From assembly GCA_964247055.1 (NCBI GenBank), contig OZ176052.1:13454001-13518000 (forward strand): DNA of 64,000 nucleotides, in the 5' to 3' direction. A program made the translations under genes and the position numbers. Positions 1 to 10,817 of the stretch are shown one piece after another. The notes below the pieces were generated by a model, which did not search any database, was not told the origin of the DNA, and saw nothing but the letters and a program-made list of their open reading frames with translations. The DNA comes from Paragordius varius (taxonomy: Eukaryota > Animalia > Nematomorpha). Every line of letters starts with the position of its first letter. Within the stretch, counting starts at the first letter, position 1.

Positions 1-3000
1 TTGTCCTTAAAAATCGGATATTGGTCACCGGTGAACAAAATTATATTTTATATATTCTCTTAGCAAGACTACATCAAAATATAGAGATAGTTTGAAACTC
101 TTTCATAACCGATTTTTACAACGATACTTTAAAAATTATGGTATTAAACCAGTCGCATCAATACTCAAGTTAAACTTTGTCCTTAACAATCGGATATTGG
201 TCACCGGTGAACAAAATTATTTTTTATACATTCTCTTAGTAGGACTACATCAAAATATAGAGATAGTTTGGCAAACTCTTTCATATCCGATTTTTACAAC
301 GATATTTAAAAATTAATGTATAAAACTAGTCGCATCAATACTCAAGTTAAACTTTGTCCTTAACAATCGGATATTGGTCACCGGTGAACAAAATTATTTT
401 TTATACATTCTCTTAGTAGGACTACATCAAAATATAGAGATAGTTTGGCAAACTCTTTCATATCCGATTTTTACAACGATATTTAAAAATTAATGTATAA
501 AACTAGTCGCATCAATACTCAAGTTAAACTTTGTCCTTAAAAATCGAATTTTGGTCACCGGTGAACAAAATTATTTTTTATACATTCTCTTAGTAAGACT
601 ACATAAAAATATAGAGATAGTTTGACAAACTCTTTCATATCCGATTTTTACAACGATATTTTAAAAATTAATGTGTTAAACTAGTCGCATCAATACTCAA
701 GTTAAACTTTGTCCTTAAAAATCGGATATTGGTCACCGGTGAACAAAATTATTTTTTATACATTCTCTTAGCAAGACTACATCAAAATATAGAGATAGTT
801 TGACAAACTCTTTCATATCCGATTTTTACAACGATACTTTAAAAATTAATGTATAAAACTAGTCGTATCAATAAATCGCATCAATACTCAGGTTAAACTT
901 TGTCCTTAAAAATTGGATATTGGTCACCGGTGAATAAAATTATTTTTTATTCATTCTCTTAGTAGGACTACATCAAAATATAGAGATAGTTTGGCAAACT
1001 CTTTCATATCCGATTTTTACAACGATACTTTAAAAATTAATGTATAAAACTAGTCGCATCAATACTCAAGTTAAACTTTGTCCTTAAAAATCGAATATTG
1101 GTCACCGGTGAACAAAATTATTTTTTATACATTCTCTTAGTAAGACTACATCAAAAAATAGAGATAGTTTGACAAACTCTTTCATATCCGATTTTTACAA
1201 CGATACTTTAAAAATTAATGTGTTAAACTAGTCGCATCAATACTCAAGTTAAACTTTGTCCTTAAAAATCGGATATTGGTCACCAGTGAACAAAATTATT
1301 TTTTATACATTCTCTTCGCAAGACTACATCAAAATATAGAGATAGTTTGACAAACTCTTTCATATCCGATTTTTACAACGATACTTTATAAATTAATGTA
1401 TAAAACTAGTCGTATCAATAAGTCGCATCAATACTCAAGTTAAACTTTGTCCTTAAAAATCGGATATTGGTCACCGGTGAACAAAATAATTTTTTATACA
1501 TTCTCTTAGTAAGACTACATCAAAATATAGAGATAGTTTGACAAACTCTTTCATAACCGATTTTTACAACGATACTTTAAAAATTATGGTATTAAACCAG
1601 TCGCATCAATACTCAAGTTAAACTTTGTCCTTAAAAATCGGATATTGGTCACCGGTGAACAAAATTATTTTTTATACATTCTCTTAGTAAGACTACATCA
1701 AAATATAGAGATAGTTTGACAAACTCTTTCATATCCGATTTTTACAACGATACTTTAAAAATTATGGTATTAAACTAGTCGCATCAATACTCAAATTAAA
1801 CTTTGTCCTTAAAAATCGGATATTGGTCACCGGTGAACAAAATTATATTTTATATATTCTCTTAGCAAGACTACATCAAAATATAGAGATAGTTTGAAAC
1901 TCTTTCATAACCGATTTTTACAACGATACTTTAAAAATTATGGTATTAAACCAGTCGCATCAATACTCAAGTTAAACTTTGTCCTTAACAATCGGATATT
2001 GGTCACCGGTGAACAAAATTATTTTTTATACATTCTCTTAGTAGGACTACATCAAAATATAGAGATAGTTTGGCAAACTCTTTCATATCCGATTTTTACA
2101 ACGATATTTAAAAATTAATGTATAAAACTAGTCGCATCAATACTCAAGTTAAACTTTGTCCTTAAAAATCGAATATTGGTCACCGGTGAACAAAATTATT
2201 TTTTATACATTCTCTTAGTAAGACTACATAAAAATATAGAGATAGTTTGACAAACTCTTTCATATCCGATTTTTACAACGATATTTTAAAAATTAATGTG
2301 TTAAACTAGTCGCATCAATACTCAAGTTAAACTTTGTCCTTAAAAATCGGATATTGGTCACCGGTGAACAAAATTATTTTTTATACATTCTCTTAGCAAG
2401 ACTACATCAAAATATAGAGATAGTTTGACAAACTCTTTCATATCCGATTTTTACAACGATACTTTATAAATTAATGTATAAAACTAGTCGTATCAATAAG
2501 TCGCATCAATACTCAAGTTAAACTTTGTCCTTAAAAATCGGATATTGGTCACCGGTGAACAAAATAATTTTTTATACATTCTCTTAGTAAGACTACATCA
2601 AAATATAGAGATAGTTTGACAAACTCTTTCATAACCGATTTTTACAACGATACTTTAAAAATTATGGTATTAAACCAGTCGCATCAATACTCAAGTTAAA
2701 CTTTGTCCTTAAAAATCGGATATTGGTCACCGGTGAACAAAATTATTTTTTATACATTCTCTTAGTAAGACTACATCAAAATATAGAGATAGTTTGACAA
2801 ACTCTTTCATATCCGATTTTTACAACGATACTTTAAAAATTAATGTATAAAACTAGTCGCATCAATACTCAAGTTAAACTTTATCCTTAAAAATTGGATA
2901 TTGGTCACCGGTGAACAAAATAATTTTTTATACATTCTCTTAGTAAGACTACATCAAAATATAGGGATAGTTTGACAAACTCTTTCATATCCGATTTTTA

Positions 3001-3234
3001 CAACGATACTTTAAAAATTATGGTATTAAACTAGTCGCATCAATACTCAAATTAAACTTTGTCCTTAAAAATCGGATATTGGTCACCGGTGAACAAAATT
3101 ATATTTTATATATTCTCTTAGCAAGACTACATCAAAATATAGAGATAGTTTGAAACTCTTTCATAACCGATTTTTACAACGATACTTTAAAAATTATGGT
3201 ATTAAACCAGTCGCATCAATACTCAAGTTAAACT
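1..3234. repeat. Higher-order repeat in satellite A: a 10-monomer unit of 1802 bp followed by a shortened 7-monomer unit of 1256 bp
   Basis: The diagnostic 176-bp monomer (TTATATTTTATATATTC, TTTGAAACTC) starts at 1, 1803 and 3059. The identical spurious ORFs at 92 and 1894 are 1802 bp apart. Confidence 0.85.
716..828. repeat. Representative 14-bp perfect inverted repeat within a satellite A monomer (TAAAAATCGGATAT ... ATATCCGATTTTTA, 85-bp spacer)
   Basis: 716-729 is the exact reverse complement of 815-828. It recurs in most A monomers with occasional single variants. Confidence 0.9.
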
Positions 3235-4247
3235 TTGTCCTTAACAATCGGATATTGGTCACCGGTGAACAAAATTATTTTTTATACATTCTCTTAGCAA
3301 GACTACATCAAAATATAGAGATAGTTTGACAAACTCTTTCATATCCGATTTTTACAACGATACTTTAAAAATTAATGTATAAAACTAGTCGTATCAATAA
3401 ATCGCATCAATACTCAAGTTAAACTTTGTCCTTAAAAATCGGATATTGGTCACCGGTGAACAAAATAATTTTTTATACATTCTCATAGACTACATCAAAA
3501 TATAGAGATAGTTTGACAAACTCTTTCATATCCGATTTTTACAACGATACTTTAAAAATTAATGTATAAAACTAGTCGCATCAATACTCAAGTTAAACTT
3601 TGTCCTTAAAAATCGGATATTGGTCACAGGTGAACAAAATTATTTTTTATATATTCTCTTAGCAAGACTACATCAAAATATAGAGATAGTTTGGCAAACT
3701 CTTTCATATCCGATTTTTACAACGATACTTTAAAAATTAATGTATAAAACTAGTCGCATCAATACTCAAGTTAAACTTTGTCCTTAAAAATCGGATATTG
3801 GTCACCGGTGAACAAAATTATTATTTATACATTCTCTTAGTAAGACTACATCAAAATATAGAGATAGTAGACAAACTCTTTCATATCCGATTTTTACAAG
3901 GATACTTTATAAATTAATGTATAAAACTAGTCGTATCAATAAGTCGCATCAATACTCAAGTTAAACTTTGTCCTTAAAAATCGGATATTGGTCACAGGAG
4001 AACAAAATAATTTTTTATACATTCTCTTAGTAAGACTACATCAAAATATAGAGATAGTTTGACAAACTCTTTCATATCCGATTTTTACAACGATACTTTA
4101 AAAATTATGGTATTAAACCAGTCGCATCAATACTCAAGTTAAACTTTGTCCTTAAAAATCGGATATTGGTCACCGGTGGACAAAATTATTTTTTATACAT
4201 TCTCTTAGTAAGACTACATCAAAATATAGAGATAGTTTGACAAACTC

Positions 4248-4250
4248 TTA
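4248..4250. other. Direct junction between satellite A and satellite B
   Basis: Sequence reads ...GACAAACTCT-T-AGCCATTTTT.... A normally continues CTCTTTCATATCC and B normally reads TTAGGTAGCC. T4249 fits either; there are no inserted bases. Confidence 0.95.
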
Positions 4251-4281
4251 GCCATTTTTATTTTTAAAATCGTATAAAATA

Positions 4282-4305
4282 AATTTTTTAAATATTTAAA
4301 AAATT
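4282..4305. repeat. Representative 24-bp perfect palindrome AATTTTTTAAATATTTAAAAAATT, present in most satellite B monomers
   Basis: Self reverse-complementary, read directly at 4282-4305. Confidence 0.95.
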
Positions 4306-4340
4306 CATAAAAATTACATTTATAGTCCGATCCCCAAAAT

Positions 4341-4409
4341 ATTTGGGGTGATGATGGAATTACCATAGGGCTACCCAAAAAAAATTATGGTGACATCACC
4401 TGATCAAAT
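4341..4409 (+). ncRNA. Speculative box C/D kink-turn-like motif in each satellite B monomer (representative copy); not shown to be transcribed
   Basis: Box C GTGATGA at 4348-4354, box D CTGA at 4400-4403, closing stem ATTTGG (4341-4346) with TCAAAT (4404-4409), and a C'-like ATGGTGA at 4387-4393. No clear D' box and no identified target. Confidence 0.15.
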
Positions 4410-7400
4410 TTGGATTTTAGGTAGCCATTTTTATTTTTAATATCGTATAAAATAAATTTTTTAAATATTTAAAAAATTCATAAAAATTACATTTATACTC
4501 CGATCCCCAAAATATTTGGGGTGATGATGGAACAACCATAGGGCTACGCAAAAAAAATTATGGCGACATCACCTGATCAAATTTGGATTTTAGGTAGCCA
4601 TTTTTATTTTTAAAATCGTATAAAATAAATTTTTTAAATATTTAAAAAATTCATAAAAATTACATTTATAGTCCGATCCCCAAAATATTAGGGGTGATGA
4701 TGGAATTACCATAGGGCTACCCAAAAAAAATTATGGTGACATCACCTGATCAAATTTGGATTTTAGGTAACCATTTTTATTTTTAATATCGTATAAAATA
4801 AATTTTTTAAATATTTAAAAAATTCATAAAAATTACATTTATACTCCGATCTCGAAAATATTTGGGGTGATGATGGAACTACCATAGGGCTACCCAAAAA
4901 AAATTATGGCGACATCACCTGATCAAATTTGGATTTTAGGTAGCCATTTATATTTTTAAAATCGTATAAAATAAATTTTTTAAATATTTAAAAAATTCAT
5001 AAAAATTACATTTATAGTCCGATCCCCAAAATATTTGGGGTGATGATGGAACAACCATAGGACTACGCAAAAAAAATTATGGTGACATCACCTGATCAAA
5101 TTTGGATTTTAGGTAGCCATTTTTATTTTTAATATCGTATAAAATAAATTTTTTAAATATTTAAAAAATTCATAAAAATTACATTTATACTCCGATCTCG
5201 ACAATATTTGGGGTGATGATGGAACTACCATAGGGCTACCCAAAAAAAATTATAGTGACATCACCTGATCAAATTTGGATTTTAGGTAGCCATTTTTATT
5301 TTTAAAATCGTATAAAATAAATTTTTTAAATATTTAAAAAATTCATAAAAATTACATTTATACTCCGATCTCGACAATATTTGGGGTGATGATGGAACTA
5401 CCATAGGGCTACCCAAAAAAAATTATAGTGACATCACCTGATCAAATTTGGATTTTAGGTAGCCATTTTTATTTTTAATATCGTATAAAATAAATTTTTT
5501 AAATATTTAAAAAATTCATAAAAATTACATTTATACTCCGATCTCGAAAATATTTGGGGTGATGATGGAACTACCATAGGGCTACCCAAAAAAAATATGG
5601 CGACATCACCTGATCAAATTTGGATTTTAGGTAGCCATTTTTATTTTTAAAATCGTATAAAATAATTTTTTTAAATATTAAAAAAATTCATAAAAATTAC
5701 ATTTATAGTCCGATCCCCAAAATATTTGGGGTGATGATGGAACAACCATAGGGCTACGCAAAAAAAATTATGGCGACATCACCTGATCAAATTTGGATTT
5801 TAGGTAGCCATTTTTATTTTTAAAATCGTATAAAATAAATTTTTTAAATATTTAAAAAATTCATAAAAATTACATTTATAGTCCGATCCCCAAAATATTA
5901 GGGGTGATGATGGAATTACCATAGGGCTACCCAAAAAAAATTATGGTGACATCACCTGATCAAATTTGGATTTTAGGTAGCCATTTTTATTTTTAATATC
6001 GTATAAAATAAATTTTTTAAATATTTAAAAAATTCATAAAAATTACATTTATACTCCGATCTCGAAAATATTTGGGGTGATGATGGAACTACCATAGGGC
6101 TACCCAAAAAAAATTATGGCGACATCACCTGATCAAATTTGGATTTTAGGTAGCCATTTATATTTTTAAAATCGTATAAAATAAATTTTTTAAATATTTA
6201 AAAAATTCATAAAAATTACATTTATAGTCCGATCCCCAAAATATTTGGGGTGATGATGGAACAACCATAAGGCTACGCAAAAAAAATTATGGTGACATCA
6301 CCTGATCAAATTTGGATTTTAGGTAGCCATTTTTATTTTTAATATCGTATAAAATAAATTTTTTAAATATTTAAAAAATTCATAAAAATTACATTTATAC
6401 TCCGATCTCGACAATATTTGGGGTGATGATGGAACTACCATAGGGCTACCCAAAAAAAATTATAGTGACATCACCTGATCAAATTTGGATTTTAGGTAGC
6501 CATTTTTATTTTTAAAATCGTATAAAATAAATTTTTTAAATTAAAAAATTCATAAAAATTACATTTATAGTCCGATCCCCAAAATATTAGGGGTGATGAT
6601 GGAATTACCATAGGGCTACCCAAAAAAAATTATGGTGACATCACCTGATCAAATTTGGATTTTAGGTAGCCATTTTTATTTTTAATATCGTATAAAATAA
6701 ATTTTTTAAATATTTAAAAAATTCATAAAAATTACATTTATACTCCGATCTCGAAAATATTTGGGGTGATGATGGAACTACCATAGGGCTACCCAAAAAA
6801 AATTATGGCGACATCACCTGATCAAATTTGGATTTTAGGTAGCCATTTATATTTTTAAAATCGTATAAAATAAATTTTTTAAATATTTAAAAAATTCATA
6901 AAAATTACATTTATACTCCGATCTCGAAAATATTTGGGGTGATGATGGAACAACCATAGGGCTACGCAAAAAAAATTATGGTGACATCACCTGATCAAAT
7001 TTGGATTTTAGGTAGCCATTTTTATTTTTAATATCGTATAAAATAAATTTTTTAAATATTTAAAAAATTCATAAAAATTACATTTATACTCCGATCTCGA
7101 CAATATTTGGGGTGATGATGGAACTACCATAGGGCTACCCAAAAAAAATTATAGTGACATCACCTGATCAAATTTGGATTTTAGGCAGCCATTTTTATTT
7201 TTAATATCGTATAAAATAAATTTTTTAAATATTTAAAAAATTCATAAAAATTACATTTATACTCCGATCTCGAAAATATTTGGGGTGATGATGGAACTAC
7301 CATAGGGCTACCCAAAAAAAATTATAGTGACATCACCTGATCAAATTTGGATTTTAGGTAGCCATTTATATTTTTAAAATCGTATAAAATAAATTTTTTA

Positions 7401-10400
7401 AATATTTAAAAAATTCATAAAAATTACATTTATACTCCGATCTCGAAAATATTTGGGGTAATGATGGAATTACCATAGGGCTACCCAAAAAAAATTATGG
7501 TGACATCACCTGATCAAATTTGGATTTTAGGTAGCCATTTTTATTTTTAATATCGTATAAAATAAATTTTTTAAATATTTAAAAAATTCATAAAAATTAC
7601 ATTTATACTCCGATCCCCAAAATATTTGGGGTGATGATGGAACAACCATAGGGCTACGCAAAAAAAATTATGGCGACATCACCTGATCAAATTTGGATTT
7701 TAGGTAGCCATTTTTATTTTTAAAATCGTATAAAATAAATTTTTTAAATATTTAAAAAATTCATAAAAATTACATTTATAGTCCGATCCCCAAAATATTT
7801 GGGGTGATGATGGAACAACCATAGGGCTACGCAAAAAAAATTATGGTGACATCACCTGATCAAATTTGGATTTTAGGTAGCCATTTTTATTTTTAATATC
7901 GTATAAAATAAATTTTTTAAATATTTAAAAAATTCATAAAAATTACATTTATACTCCGATCTCGACAATATTTGGGGTGATGATGGAACTACCATAGGGC
8001 TACCCAAAAAAAATTATAGTGACATCACCTGATCAAATTTGGATTATAGGTAGCCATTTTTATTTTTAAAATCGTATAAAATAAATTTTTTAAATATTTA
8101 AAAAATTCATAAAAATTACATTTATACTCCGATCTCGACAATATTTGGGGTGATGATGGAACTACCATAGGGCTACCCAAAAAAAATTATAGTGACATCA
8201 CCTGATCAAATTTGGATTTTAGGTAGCCATTTTTATTTTTAATATCGTATAAAATAAATTTTTTAAATATTTAAAAAATTCATAAAAATTACATTTATAC
8301 TCCGATCTCGAAAATATTTGGGGTGATGATGGAACTACCATAGGGCTACCCAAAAAAATTATAGTGACATCACCTGATCAAATTTGGATTTTAGGTAGCC
8401 ATTTTTATTTTTAAAATCGTATAAAATAATTTTTGTAAATATTAAAAAAATTCATAAAAATTACATTTATAGTCCGATCCCCAAAATATTTGGGGTGATG
8501 ATGGAACAACCATAGGGCTACGCAAAAAAAATTATGGCGACATCACCTGATCAAATTTGGATTTTAGGTAGCCATTTTTATTTTTAAAATCGTATAAAAT
8601 AAATTTTTTAAATATTTAAAAAATTCATAAAAATTACATTTATAGTCCGATCCCCAAAATATTAGGGGTGATGATGGAATTACCATAGGGCTACCCAAAA
8701 AAAATTATGGTGACATCACCTGATCAAATTTGGATTTTAGGTAGCCATTTTTATTTTTAATATCGTATAAAATAAATTTTTTAAATATTTAAAAAATTCA
8801 TAAAAATTACATTTATACTCCGATCTCGAAAATATTTGGGGTGATGATGGAACTACCATAGGGCTACCCAAAAAAAATTATGGCGACATCACCTGATCAA
8901 ATTTGGATTTTAGGTAGCCATTTATATTTTTAAAATCGTATAAAATAAATTTTTTAAATATTTAAAAAATTCATAAAAATTACATTTATAGTCCGATCCC
9001 CAAAATATTTGGGGTGATGATGGAACAACCATAGGGCTACGCAAAAAAAATTATGGTGACATCACCTGATCAAATTTGGATTTTAGGTAGCCATTTTTAT
9101 TTTTAATATCGTATAAAATAAATTTTTTAAATATTTAAAAAATTCATAAAAATTACATTTATACTCCGATCTCGACAATATTTGGGGTGATGATGGAACT
9201 ACCATAGGGCTACCCAAAAAAAATTATAGTGACATCACCTGATCAAATTTGGATTTTAGGTAGCCATTTTTATTTTTAAAATCGTATAAAATAAATTTTT
9301 TAAATATTTAAAAAATTCATAAAAATTACATATATACTCCGATCTCGACAATATTTGGGGTGATGATGGAACTACCATAGGGCTACCCAAAAAAAATTAT
9401 AGTGACATCACCTGATCAAATTTGGATTTTAGGTAGCCATTTATATTTTTAAAATCGTATAAAATAAATTTTTTAAATATTTAAAAAATTCATAAAAATT
9501 ACATTTATACTCCGATCTCGAAAATATTTGGGGTGATGATGGAACAACCATAGGGCTACGCAAAAAAAATTATGGCGACATCACCTGATCAAATTTGGAT
9601 TTTAGGTAGCCATTTTTATTTTTAAAATCGTATAAAATAAATTTTTTAAATATTTAAAAAATTCATAAAAATTACATTTATAGTCCGATCCCCAAAATAT
9701 TAGGGGTGATGATGGAATTACCATAGGGCTACCCAAAAAAAATTATGGTGACATCACCTGATCAAATTTGGATTTTAGGTAGCCATTTTTATTTTTAATA
9801 TCGTATAAAATAAATTTTTTAAATATTTAAAAAATTCATAAAAATTACATTTATACTCCGATCTCGAAAATATTTGGGGTGATGATGGAACTACCATAGG
9901 GCTACCCAAAAAAAATTATGGCGACATCACCTGATCAAATTTGGATTTTAGGTAGCCATTTATATTTTTAAAATCGTATAAAATAAATTTTTTAAATATT
10001 TAAAAAATTCATAAAAATTACATTTATAGTCCGATCCCCAAAATATTTGGGGTGATGATGGAACAACCATAGGGCTACGCAAAAAAAATTATGGTGACAT
10101 CACCTGATCAAATTTGGATTTTAGGTAGCCATTTTTATTTTTAATATCGTATAAAATAAATTTTTTAAATATTTAAAAAATTCATAAAAATTACATTTAT
10201 ACTCCGATCTCGACAATATTTGGGGTGATGATGGAACTACCATAGGGCTACCCAAAAAAAATTATAGTGACATCACCTGATCAAATTTGGATTTTAGGTA
10301 GCCATTTTTATTTTTAAAATCGTATAAAATAAATTTTTTAAATATTTAAAAAATTCATAAAAATTACATTTATAGTCCGATCCCCAAAATATTAGGGGTG

Positions 10401-10817
10401 ATGATGGAATTACCATAGGGCTACCCAAAAAAAATTATGGTGACATCACCTGATCAAATTTGGATTTTAGGTAGCCATTTTTATTTTTAATATCGTATAA
10501 AATAAATTTTTTAAATATTTAAAAAATTCATAAAAATTACATTTATACTCCGATCTCGAAAATATTTGGGGTGATGATGGAACTACCATAGGGCTACCCA
10601 AAAAAAATTATGGCGACATCACCTGATCAAATTTGGATTTTAGGTAGCCATTTATATTTTTAAAATCGTATAAAATAAATTTTTTAAATATTTAAAAAAT
10701 TCATAAAAATTACATTTATAGTCCGATCCCCAAAATATTTGGGGTGATGATGGAACAACCATAGGGCTACGCAAAAAAAATTATGGTGACATCACCTGAT
10801 CAAATTTGGATTTTAGG

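Larger units (their letters stand above)
1..4249. repeat. Satellite A tandem array, 178-bp consensus monomer (about 27% GC), 23 full copies plus a 104-bp partial; continues off the left edge
   Basis: Anchor TTGTCC(T) recurs at 1, 177, 354, 531, 709, 900, 1078, 1256, 1447, 1625, 1803, 1979, 2156, 2334, 2525, 2703, 2881 (TTATCC), 3059, 3235, 3426, 3600, 3778, 3968, 4146. Spacings are 174-178 bp, or 190-191 bp where a 13-bp internal duplication is present. Confidence 0.98.

Noticed and set aside
92-2118. 74-aa ORFs at 92-316 and 1894-2118
   Set aside because: They are translations of satellite A that repeat with the 1802-bp period, the peptide itself repeats with the monomer, and the start codon is TTG. 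No recognisable domain.
4272-4280. TATA-box or promoter calls (TATAAAA in each monomer)
   Set aside because: Uninformative in DNA this AT-rich, with no downstream gene or expression evidence.
4345-4370. G-quadruplex
   Set aside because: Only GGGG, GG and GGG runs locally; four closely spaced G3 tracts are not present.
4376-4385. A7/A8 and T5/T6 homopolymer length variants as evolutionary markers
   Set aside because: Prone to sequencing error and recurrent slippage; used only where they co-occur with substitutions.
4334-4410. Hammerhead ribozyme in satellite B
   Set aside because: The core needs CUGANGA followed by stem II and GAAA. Here the motifs are GTGATGA and CTGATCA, and CGAAA is not in the required position.
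4342-4421. Telomere-like TTAGG or TTTGGGG motifs
   Set aside because: One isolated copy of each per monomer, never in tandem; expected by chance.
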